In this document: positions 52,440 through 64,000 of the stretch, in pieces
Layout of the letters: every line of letters begins with the position of its first letter
Position numbering within the stretch: position 1 is the stretch's first letter
NCBI GenBank assembly: GCA_964016885.1
Contig: OZ024742.1
Coordinates: 85,684,001 to 85,748,000, forward strand
DNA length: 64,000 bases
From: Eledone cirrhosa
Lineage: Eukaryota
Direction of reading: 5' to 3'
Notes under the pieces: model-generated
Databases searched by the model: none
The model's input: only the letters and a program-made list of their open reading frames with translations
What the model was told of the DNA's origin: nothing
Translations under genes and position numbers: made by a program

Positions 52440-55400
52440 AAAATAACAATGAAAAATTCCCCAATAGAGGGGAGACTTCGGAGGGACATTCGTGGAGAAA
52501 GCCCATTAAAAAGACACAGTGACCCTGACCACCAGGGCAAGTGCCCTCTCCCAGTTTTCCACCTTTAATTTACAAACTCATATTCAGAGTAGGCCCATTC
52601 ACTCGGGGCATTCTTGCCTCTCTCACCCATCTTTCAACAAAATTCTGGGAAGAGAGCACTTCCCTTTCTACCCTGATTTTACTTTTTAAATGAATTTGAA
52701 AAAGTTAATCAGGGCATCACCGAAGAGGTAAGTGCTCGTCTTCAGCCCTTTCAAACGTGTTCACCATACTATCTCTTTCGCCATGGTCACCAGACAGATA
52801 AAAACTGCCTGCCCTTCTCGGCTAAAGGAGGAGGGCGGGGCAATCCTCACGATGGACTCAGCTGAGAGCTGGATCCATCCTACACGCGACAGCAGGTGTT
52901 CGACATAAATCCACAAGTCAGCAATGCTCGGACACTGGACGAGTGAGTGCAGGACGGTTTCGTCGCCCTGCGCGCATCTCGGACATGCCTAGTTGACGGC
53001 ACCACCATGCCTGTTGAGATTATCCCGAACTGGCAAATCTCCTCGGTAGCACGCCCAGGCCAGGGATTTCTGGAAGTTGTCCATAGGCCCCGGCCCGAAA
53101 GTTCTTCCGAAGAGATTGGCTAGTTGATTTTCGTCGACGCCTAGAGTTTCCCCAAGTACGTCGTCGCTCTTCCTCTCCACTAATCCTCTATAGAACGCCA
53201 AGGTGGAGTTTCCACCGATCACATTGCCCGATTGGTCGAGGGCTGTGAGCGCCTCAAGACATTCCAGTCTCCAAGCGCTCCCTCTCGGTCTTCGCTTGAC
53301 CCAGGACTGCAGCTCCGTCAAGGAGACGAGCTGGGGAAAGACGCGTATAGCAAACGAAGACCACACCTGATCACCGTCGAGGAAGAGGTGGAGATGTCGC
53401 AGCCTGAGCGTGTGTCTGCGCATCATCAGCCACGGCATTCCCAGCCCTCCACGTAGCGGGTGTTGACAGCAGATGGACCGCCTGACCATCAGAGCGCGTC
53501 CCTTCCACAAAAAGCGAAAGAGCAAACGTTCCAGCGCAGTCAGGCGGGGCTTAGGACAAGGTACGACGGTCAGGCGGTAGTAGATGACGGACGCGATATA
53601 CGCGTTCGCGACCTCCGCTCGACCTTTCAGGGATAGCTTCCTCTCGGCCCATTTCTGGGTGAGAGAAGCCACCCTGCTCGTCACCTCGTCCCAGTTTTTG
53701 TCCGTCTGGAGATCCGGACCCAACCAGACTCCGAGCAATTTAATTGGTCCGTCCATCCAGCGCCCGATGAAGCTGTTGGGCGGCAGGGACCTGCCTCTCC
53801 AGGTGCCGTGCTGCAGGCCACTGACTTTTCCTGGTTGATTATTGCTCCTGTCACCGCTTCGTATTCTCTCGATGTGTTTGGCGTTCGACACCACTACGGT
53901 GACATCGTCCGCATATGCTGACACGGATCTTCCGCATCCTAGTTCGCGCGGGACCCCCATCAATGTCTCCAGGTTGTGCAGTAATGGCTCGAGAGTCAAT
54001 ACGTACAAGAGGGACGAGAGGTGACATCCTTGGCGGACCGAGCGTATGATGTTGAACGGTTCCGAAAGGTGACCGTTAACTCTCACCACAGAGCAGATGT
54101 TGCTGTGCATGGCAGCGATCCTGCCTCTGAAGAGGGGCCGAAAGCAACCCTCCCTCAGGACTGCCGCTAGGTAACGATGTTCGATCCTATCGAAAGCTTT
54201 CGACTGATCTAAATTGATCAACGACCCACCCGTGCCAGGTTCCCTAGCTACCCTCTCCACGATGTATCGCATGAGGTGGAGTTTTCGTGGATGGATCTGT
54301 CGGGAATGGCGCATGTGTGCGCCTCTCCCACCATACCACCAACGACAAGCGACAACCTCTTTGCTACCACCTTTGCCAAAATCTTGAATTCTGTGTTTAG
54401 CAGATTTATGGGCCTAAAATTATCTATGTTATCCCCCTTTTTCGGATCCTTTCTCAGCAGCGACACAGCTCCTCGGCTCAAAGACCTGGGAATTCTCCAG
54501 TACTGTTGCCAGTTGCAGTTGCAAAGAGGCCTCCAAACAAGTCTGGCATCTGTACGTAAAGTTCATAGGGGCAGACCATACAAACCAGGCGAATTACCCC
54601 TTGTGCAGCCAGTCATTGCCTCCCGTACATCAGCGGCTGTTAAGGGCTTTTCGCAACACTCCTCTTCAGTGGCCGAAAGGCACGGCAGTCCGTCGAGGTA
54701 GACACTAAAGTACATCCCTCGACCCGTCCCGCCGCTGCCCCCAAACAGCAGTGCGAAGTGTCGCTGAAAAGCTTCACATATTTGCCCGGGTTTGAGTAGC
54801 ATGCGCCCGTCGTGGTCCACCAAAGACCGGATCGTGGCTTTGTTCCCACGACGCGCCTCCGCCACTGGGGCCCATTGCACGGCTTTCGTCCCCTCGTGTC
54901 TGAGAGCACGCACCCTAGCTCTGACAACGCAGCCTTAGTGTTTTGCATTGAAGAATTGGTCAAGGACCAATTTCGCCGCAAGTACGTCGGTCGCGAAATG
55001 GAGTGGAAAAGATGGGAAAGACCACTTACCTTACTTCTTGTAGAGGAAGGATGGTTTCTCTATCCTTTTCACAGCTTCTGGTCTCCTCCGGAAGGATGTC
55101 CTTATAAATCCTCCTGGAGAGTGCTTGTCGGAAGTCTCCGATGTCTTTGGGGAATATTTGTTTTAGTGTCGTGTACGTTTTCTGTGTGATGCGAGTGATT
55201 TGTATGTGTGGAGGTGGTGTGGACTTTTGGGTTGTTGTGTAGTCTGTTTCTGTGATGCTGGTGTTGTGTTGGATGTAGTGTAACAATTGGTTGTTGTTCA
55301 AATTTATTGCTGTGTAGTGTGTATTGTTTTGGTTGTTTTGTTTTGTTTGCGTTTGTTGTGGGTTTGTTTCTGTTTCGCTTTTTGCTGACGTTTGTGGTGT

Positions 55401-57160
55401 TTGGGTTAATGATGGTGATTGTGTTGGTGTTTGTGGTGATGGGGTTGGTGATGCTGGTGTGGATGGTGGCATAGATGTCCTAACTTTTTTGTTTGCTAGT
55501 TTATTTGTTTCCCTCTGTATTTTGTTTTTTGAGGGGGAAGGAATGGGATTTGTTTCTTTTTGGGTTTCTTTTTCTTTTTTTCATTTTTTCTGATACCGTT
55601 TCCCACTCCTCGTCGTCAAAATCTGTCTCCAGTTGCGATAGGTCGGGGAGTGGAAAATCCACCACAGGCGTTGGTTTTCGTTGTGGCGTGGTGGATGGTG
55701 TAGGCGCTGGTGCTAGTTCTGGCGCGTTGGGTGGTGTTGGTGTTGGTTTTGCTACTGTTGCTGGGGTTGTTGCTGTTACAGTTGCTTCTGTTGTTTCTGC
55801 TACAGTTGTTGCTGTCATTTCTGCTGCTGGTGGTGTTGATGGTTGAGTCACTGGTGTGGGTATGTGAGGTGGCCTCAACATTTTATCTTGAGGGCAGAAA
55901 GCCCTTAGGTGGGTTCCTTCACCACAAACCACACACCTAGGCCCTCTGGCCTCAAATATTACGGTGAGGTGGCTGCCGTCAGTGAGGTCTATTGCCTCTG
56001 GGATCTCCTCAATGCTTTTTTGGTCCGCTTGGATAAGGAGATCCATCCCAGATCCGGACCAGTTCTCCTGCTTTTCTTTCGCTATTTCGATTATATGGTG
56101 TGGGCTTCGATGCCGGCGAGGACGGCAGCCATTAGCCAGGGAATTTCGATGGCCGGTGATACGTGGGTCACCCTGATCTTGACGAATCTCTGGCCACAAT
56201 AGCTTGGGACGAGTGTGAAGTCGTCACTTCTTAATGGTGTCATGGAGTGTTATCTGGCCTCCTGTGGTGTTTCAAAGAACACGTCCACGGTTCCATATTT
56301 CTGCACACGTCTGATATGGGTTTTTTTGCCCACACATGTCCCAAAGCTTTTTGGATTTGGGACTCGGATGCCCGTTCCACTCGGCGCGATGTTATGTTAA
56401 TCGTCCGATAAGACACGGTGCATAGGCGCCGATACTCAATTTTATTACGTGTGTGTGTGGGGGGCGGGGTGAGGCTGACGCTGTACTCATCTTCCTTTAC
56501 TATTTGGGGAGGCTTCTTTCTAATTCCTCCTGAGTTACCTGGAATGCTTCGCACTTTTTTGCTACTCTGGCAAAAGAGAGGGTTTTCTTATTCTCATTGT
56601 TGCTGTTATTGTTACCATTATTTTTGTTATTGTTTATTTTAGTTTCAGTTTAGGTGGTGGTGGCGTCATTGGTGTTCTGTGTGGAAGAGTTCATTTTGGC
56701 TGAATTCGTTTCGATATCACGAGATAATTTAATTTTTCTTTTGTTTCTGTTGTCGCTGTGATGGGGGGGGGGGGATTCAACACCTGCAGTCATTGGTAAT
56801 GGCGGGAAATGAATGTCTGCCTGAGACAAATTTAAAATATTGCTACTGCTTATATTTTTAGTGTTGGCGAACGTAGTAATATTTACAATGGTGGTGTCGG
56901 TGTGAGGTGTTAGTTTATGAGGAAGACTCTCATCTACTGGGTTCAGCTGTGAGTCGGCCATGATTTTTTTTGTTTGATAATTATAAAAGTTTAAATTTGG
57001 GGCTCAAGGCCACAATCTTTTTGAGTGTCCTTTTCAGAAAACAATGTATGTGCACTTATATACAGTTAACAATAAAAATGTCCATAAATGGCAATTTTAA
57101 ACAACTGAAAATAACAAACCTTTGCGGAGCTCACGATGATATGATTTACTACGTAGGTCG
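52440..57160 (-). mobile_element. Tx1/L1-clade LINE, decayed, endonuclease region deleted
   Basis: ORF1 relic with CVVCGEGTHLRAFC zinc knuckle; ORF2 SPGLYGLP, NFRPINLLNTEFKILAK, LDQSKAFDRI, SVRQGC, AYADDV, GGLGMP, C-terminal CPRC..ETVLHSLVQC. Confidence 0.92.
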
Positions 57161-57162
57161 CC

Positions 57163-57177
57163 AATAATAATAATAAT

Positions 57178-57230
<53 letters not shown>

Positions 57231-57986
57231 TGATGATTTCTTTATTGGCGACAATGGCTGACATCAAGAAACACACTACAGACGGCAGAGGACGGTACAG
57301 GGCCGTGCGATTTGGGTTTTATTCCTGTAAAGAATTTTATTATTTATATAAGAAAAGAAAAAGAAAGAAATGACATAGAAACATATATATATATAAACAA
57401 TAAAAATGAAAATTGAAACAATGAAATATTCCCCAATAGTGTGGGGGGGGGGGGGGCTCCGAGGCTTACTCATGGCGAAAACCACACAAAACACCACGGC
57501 CACCCTGACTACCAGGGCAAGCACCCTCTCTCAATTTTTCCATTTTCTCAAACTACAGGCGTATGTTCAGAGCGCTCCCGTTCACTCGGACCATTCTCGC
57601 TACATTCACCCACCTTTCAACAAACTTGCTAGAAAGCAGCACTTGCCTCTCCACCCTGATTTTCCTCTTCAATTGAAACTTGAAAAGGTTTATTAGGGAT
57701 TCGCCGAAGAGGAAAGTATCTTTCAACCTTGTCCACCACACAATCTCTTTCGCCATGGCCACCAGGCAGATGAAAACCGCCAGCCTTTCCTCCTCGAAGG
57801 AAGACGGCGAGACGATCTGCACAATGGACTCAGTCGATAACCGGATCAGTCCTACACGCGACAGCAATTGTTCGACATAGCTCCACAAGTCAGCAATGCT
57901 CGGACATTGAACGAGTGCGTGCACGACAGTTTCGACGCTCTGAGCGCATCTCGGACAAGCTCGGCTGACGGCACCTTCGTGCCTGT
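57163..57986 (-). mobile_element. 3' fragment of a related Tx1-like LINE ending in aataaagaaa and a (TCA)(TTA)n tract
   Basis: CPRC..ETVVHALVQCPSIADLWSYVEQLL..KFVERWV, homologous to 52.6-53 kb. Confidence 0.88.
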
Positions 57987-57996
57987 AATATATATA

Positions 57997-58053
<57 letters not shown>

Positions 58054-58054
<1 letters not shown>

Positions 58055-59090
58055 TAGTTCCACAACAGTTAGTTCACCATTTCCGAGAACAATTATTTCG
58101 CCTTAGTCGGATCAACAGCTCGTTTTAAATGAGGTTATACGGAAAAGAGAAAACAATTGTACAAATACGCGTGTCAAGAATAGAATCTGGCATTTTCCAA
58201 ATGGGAGGAACACCAGCGTTGGATCCGTGCGAGGGATACAACTGTGGATACTCAAATAATGATAGATTGTTTATGTTATTCAGTCCAGAATATTAGAGAT
58301 TGTTCATGTTAGTCAGACTGGAGCTTTGTAAATACGTAACAGTTGTATTCATATGTGTGGACAACGAGAAAACCTTCATTCCGTGAGTATAGTCAAGCGC
58401 TATTACGGCTCTCTGAGGATATTGACTCTTTCTTCAACGCTCAGTCCACAAGACTGTTTCCCATTCCCGCATGGCTTAGACTTAGTAATAATTTCAATTG
58501 AATGGAGTAATCCACACCTGTGTTATTGAGGGAACATACCGGACACGCGAGCCTCGTGGACGATCGTATGCCTGGGTATCTAAACGTTGACAGATGATTC
58601 AGGAACCATTCTTTGGACCAACCCTCCACCATACCTACATATGATTTGACCCCTTGTTGATTTGGTCGGTTAGAAGTAACTACAGCTTCTTAAATTACAG
58701 TGGGTGTGTTACATTGTTGTTTTAAGGAGACAAGCTTCAGGCCTTCGACAAGAGCATCCTGGTGTGCTTCTGCTCTTAGGGTTGTTGGTGATGTGGGCCT
58801 TCATTTTCTTAGCACAGGAGTATCCTAGTTTCACCCTGTTAATGATTTGGCCGCTAGAGTTGCATTTGGCTGGCTGTGAATTTAGTCGTATATTTAGCAT
58901 CCTCCAGCAACTTTCTTTGTAAAATACGGTCGATAACAGTCGCAAAACACGCCTCGGTGGGATTGGAATACACCGGCTGTCAGTCGGACTAACTCTTAAG
59001 AAATGCCTTGTATTCCTGTTTTGCTAAAAATCTATTTTCGATCCAGGTGTTTCGTAGATTATTTCAGAGCTCGAAACCTAAATAGTCTGG
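58054..59090 (-). mobile_element. PLE 3' fragment (GIY-YIG) with a decayed HHR at 58085-58121
   Basis: VKLGYSC, CSCRRPEAC, VI*EAVV..SYVGMVEG..FLNH; GAG CTGTTGA TCC GACTAA GGC GAAA TAATTG TT CTC; abuts (TA)n. Confidence 0.75.
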
Positions 59091-59416
59091 TGAACATAAA
59101 TATTTATGTCAACCTTCTATTGGAAGTGTAAATATCCCAACTTTTTAAAATTAAATGTTGGAATTTATAAATATATTTTGATTATATTAGACTGATTTTT
59201 TTTTCTGCGAAAGAATTACTCCAAATTTGCCCCAAAGTGAATTATCCGCACACATAGCAGTTTATAGTAACTAGGATTGGAAAATTGCATTGGTCTTTGT
59301 GCCTCTCCGACTAAATCGATTTAAATACCCCACACGCACATAGACACACATACACACACACGCACACATACACACACACACCCGCAGACACACACACACA
59401 CACACATATATATGTA

Positions 59417-59534
<118 letters not shown>

Positions 59535-60084
59535 CATGTGGGAGAGAGCGGGATATGAACAATGTAATTAAACATGACTATGAACACAATAGATTGGAAA
59601 TATATATGAGTTCCACACCTGATAATAAGAGAAATACACTTTAATGTCTCAGATGTTAATCATCCACCGGGAAATAAAACATAGCTTCCAATACGCTCAC
59701 ACGAAAAACAATGTAGAATCTACAAAAAACGGTCAAAAAATTATCCGTCTAGTATATCATGTATATTATAATATATATTATAATATATATAAAGAAATAA
59801 ATCGCTACGCAGACTCTCCGTGTATTATGTACCTGCTGTTTGAGAAACAATCCCGCTTATATCAATTGGGATTTGCAAATAGTATAAAAAGATATTTGCA
59901 TAATATTTATCTTCCATTGACTCATTTTCTAAATCACTTCAACAAATTCACAAATACATTAAATTAAGGGTCAATCGTTACTGTTGAATGAAGAAAATAC
60001 TGCTACATAAGTTGAAATACCTTGAAATTAATTTTTAAATTACATCCTGTGAAGAGAAAACATAATATGACAGAGGAATATATT

Positions 60085-61830
60085 ATCATTGGCATATGTC
60101 GGCCTAGAAGGACTATGGTTAATGCATGGGGTATTTTGTTTCAGTTGCTGATGGCGGTGCACACATGAGTTGCAGTCCTGTATACAGTGACTGCTTTTGT
60201 AGATGCTCTCCTACGGTGCAACAATGCTGTTCTTTTTTCGAGCAGGATTTGCCTGAGAGGCAAGTGTTTGTTACTCCTCCCCTCTTTCCATCCCTATGCG
60301 CAATACTCGTCTTCATTTCAGGCAATCATTAATGACCCCTCCCATCTCTGGGTATCCTCCTGCTGACAACTTTGAAACGAAGATTAGGTAGTCTTCGTGC
60401 TTTTGTCCCGCTGGCAATTTCCCCATACTGTAAGTCTTTTGGAATCCTCCTGTTCGTCATACAATGTAAGTGACCGAAACAGCGCAAACGACGCTGTTTG
60501 AGCAGGGTGTATATGATGGGAATATTTACGCGGTTTAGAACATAATTGTTGTTAATCCAGTCGACCCACTTGATACAAAATGTGTCTCAGTTTACGAATG
60601 CGGAAGATATCAAGACGCATCACCTGTCTGGAGTATAGCCGTAAATAGTGTGCTGAGGACACAATACTTGTAGACAACTATCTTGATGTTTGTAGTTAGT
60701 TTTCTGTTCTCGCAGACTCTCTTTTTCAGCCCCACAAATGTCGACGTTTTCATCCAACTCTCCTGCTGATCTCGGGTTCCACTGAGAGGTTTTCTGTGAG
60801 TGCGGAGTCAAGTTAGATGAATTCGTGGCCCACCACTTATTATTAGTTATTGATAGTGTTCGTTGAGGGTTATTTGACATTTTAGCCCAATATATTGATT
60901 TTACTTCAGACGAATTGCCTGACTGAATTCCTGGCAAGGCCTCCAGAGTTTATTCATGAGGAGTTCAATTTGCTCCTCATTGTGCTCTGTCAATGATACA
61001 TCGACGGCATATAGCATTAAGCTGATGAGTACCACGCAAAACCTTTGAAATCATCTGACGGACAAGTAGACATGGTCCATATATTGCAACATCCATGTCT
61101 GAATAGCGATTTCTTACATTGTTTGTTTATTTGCTTGTTCATGGAATTTCTCTGTGTGGTGTTTACAGCCCAAGTTTGAGTATATTGAAATCCCTAAGTT
61201 CCACGCACCCAGTGGAGCTCTCGGGTTGTGACGGAATAGCAGAACTGACTGGGCTCTTCCTAGCTTGATGCCGTCTGTAGCTATCCAGTGAGGAACATTA
61301 GTCTCTCCCTCCATCTAAACAGCCGCCCGTGTGTTGCTCACATGCCAATCATATGCAGACTTATAACCGGTAGACTGCTCCTTTCCGTGTTTTGCCGATG
61401 TGGTGATATGCATGTATGGGCGTGTTTTATCGAAGATTGGCAGTTGCCCCTGCAACACATCTCCCCTCTCCGTGCAAATAGTGTGCTCAAAGGGATATGC
61501 AGAGGCCAGCACAAATAGGCTTCGGTGGAGCCGCAGTAGTTGCCAGAACGAGGATGGATGTAACATCCAGTAGTCTTAGGGAATTCGACTCAGGATTTAT
61601 ACTCGGGGTTTAATTCCGAAGCCTTGCCCATAAGTGGGTATAGCCGGAAGGCAACGGATGTTTAAGTTCTAAGATCACCTTCTCTTATAAGGACTTCTCT
61701 CCTAGGCTACCGAGTACCACCTACCCTGAGCATCGGTTTCAAGGCACCAGCATCCACCTACGAGACTTCTCGTGTCAGTAGTCCTCAAGTTAGGGACACT
61801 TGATCTGGAGGTAGGGTGTACAACATATAT
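60085..61830 (-). mobile_element. Internally deleted RTE (BovB-like) LINE
   Basis: FGHLHCMTNRRIPKDLQYGEIASG, C-terminal cysteine motif, LGAWN endonuclease start and an RTE-like 5' UTR. Confidence 0.7.
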
Positions 61831-62561
61831 CCAAATCAGCAAATTTGAGTGAGAATAAAAATAAAAAGAATATGAACAAATATAAAATGAATACAGCAAA
61901 TATTATTAAAAACTACAAATATCTGTAGATGATATCATATGGAAACAGTCAAAGTAAAATTATAAAATATGAAAGGAAATATCGAATTTTGATACCATAG
62001 TAATAGAACGGTATGAAATATTGATAACTCTATATCAATTTAGACGTAATGGTGCTAGATACGATGCTAATTATACTATGTCACAATATATTGGGCACAG
62101 ATTTTTAAATATATAAATTGTGTGTTAATATTAAGTAGCCAACATTTAATATGCTGTTGCCACATTGTCTTAGATATGGTTTAGAAGTTCAGAATTTAAG
62201 CAGACAACTGCATACCATAATGATAGTTATATATTAGCTGTGTCGCGTAGATGACGATGTACCACATGTAATAATTAATTGTATGTACGATATGTATCAG
62301 TTAATTGAAGATTTTTAAGCATGATTGGTGAAAATTGATTTAGGTAAGCTCCCAATGCGTTTATTGATTAATCCGATTGTACGATGTTCTTGTCTATAGA
62401 TTCCAATGAGCATTGCTGAGATGCAAACCCAACACATCTAGGGACTATAGACCAAGGCAACACACATTCAAATTCTTTCGTTTCAAAATGCCAACTTCAT
62501 AAAGCGGCAGACGTAAAGCAAATTCGCAATGAATGCACATTACACACATACATACACACAC

Positions 62562-62728
<167 letters not shown>

Positions 62729-62744
62729 TGAGGGGGGGGGTCAT

Positions 62745-63160
62745 TTTGTCGTTAATTATAAGTTGTTATGTTGCTATTCCATTCATGTTTTCTATTTAAT
62801 TTTGGTTGGAGTTCATTTATGTTTCTTGCCTCTGTGATTTGTCTAAACATTGCGTCTTTTCTGTGTGTAGATTCTATTTGTGTATCTATGTTCTCTAATT
62901 TGCCCTTATGTTTTATTTTAGCATGTTGGTGGAGTACTGATGAGTCTTTTCTATCTATGTTCATTTAATCGTTCTCTAATGCTACGAGCTGTCTCACCTA
63001 TGTACATTATATTCTAATTGTTTCATTGTCCCTCCCTCAGTACATCTTATACTTTATACTATGTTTCTAGTTTTACAGCTAATATGGGGTCTTAGCTTAC
63101 AGATTATGCATTTCCTATCTATACAGGGAGATCTTTGAAAAGGGTATGTATTACTAATAA
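62745..63160 (-). mobile_element. Inverted Naiad-like PLE segment (Zn linker and GIY-YIG)
   Basis: PCIDRKCIICK..SCKTRNIV*SIRC..YIGETARSIRERLNEH..SVLHQHAKIKH..RQITEA..LNRKHEW. Confidence 0.85.
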
Positions 63161-64000
63161 AAACACAATGGAAAGCATCCAGCAAATAGGTAACTCCATC
63201 CAGCAGAGTATCAACGTTACTATAGACTACCCAAGCAAACACCCCAACCATCGATTCCCTGTACTCACACAGAGCTCTGGATATAAACTATTAATAACAA
63301 AAAACAAATCCTCCATTCCCATTATGCTAAACCCATGGCTTCCAAATATCTGATCCACCGAAACTCGACTGTTTCGGATCACATTGAAATCAACATACTG
63401 ATTGCGGATTTAGTAAGTGTGATGAGGAACGTGTCCCGCATGTACAACCGCATGCAGTTCTCTGGTTACGATCAGAGAGATAAAATCAGAGTATATAGAG
63501 GAGCCAGGACCAAATGGGAAAAAATAGTAAATAATGATGCAAATGGGACCTGCCCCTTGTATACGAGCCATTTTTGGAATAGAATAGAAAGAACTAGGAG
63601 TAAGGTTAAAAGATAAACTCACGGTATGATAGTAATAAATACCAGAGTGTAATATTCATCAATACAACCCCTAGAGGTGAACTAGCTTACAAATTTAGAA
63701 GAGCCCTGGATAAAATTAAAATAAATATTAAGATAGTGGAAAGACCAGGTACCTCCATAAAAACACGTATTAATATTACATACCCTTTTCAAAGACCTCC
63801 CTGTATAGATAGGAAATGCATAATTAGTAAGCTAAGCCCCCATATTAACTGCAAAACGAGAAACATAATATATAGCATAAGATGACACACACATAGGATG
63901 ACAACACACACAAAAACAAGATGGCGTAGTACAAAAAATAGGAGAGGCACAAAACATAGAAAAGAATCCCCAGTCACTGAAGAGGTCACAGAATATGTGA
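63155..64000 (+). mobile_element. Naiad-like PLE (RT C-terminus/thumb, linker), endonuclease deleted; HHR begins at 63977 and is cut by the window end
   Basis: TMESIQQIGNSI..DYPSKH, YAKPMASKYLI, RMQFSGY, CPLY, FINTTPRGELA, KIVERPG; CTGAAGA GGTCAC AGAATAT GTGA[..]. Confidence 0.8.

Noticed and set aside
52989-54314. 441-aa ORF as an active reverse transcriptase or host gene
   Set aside because: It is a frameshift-bounded fragment of a decayed LINE ORF2.

Overview
AT-rich, microsatellite-dense eukaryotic DNA made up almost entirely of decayed transposons. It is most likely a coleoid cephalopod (Octopus-like); this is inferred from the repeated tRNA-derived SINE and the (TA)n/(CA)n load. No intact host gene is evident, only two weak candidate exons near 14.2-14.7 kb. 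Recognisable elements are a mariner relic, a decayed Helitron Rep/helicase and a non-autonomous Helitron, CRE-, RTE- and Tx1-like LINE relics, about 14 copies of one SINE, and Penelope-like elements (PLEs) of three types (Neptune-, Nematis- and Naiad-like). The most striking signal is non-coding. Reading by eye finds a dozen or more type I hammerhead ribozyme (HHR) motifs, intact or decayed, mostly in small non-autonomous elements that abut (TA)n tracts and have PLE-style tandem or inverted architecture. They include two HHRs with a compensatory U3-A8 core and several with long or branched stem II inserts. A 259-bp tandem element of the same architecture carries a full tRNA-like cloverleaf on an extended stem instead of an intact HHR. 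All structures were folded manually; nothing was run computationally.
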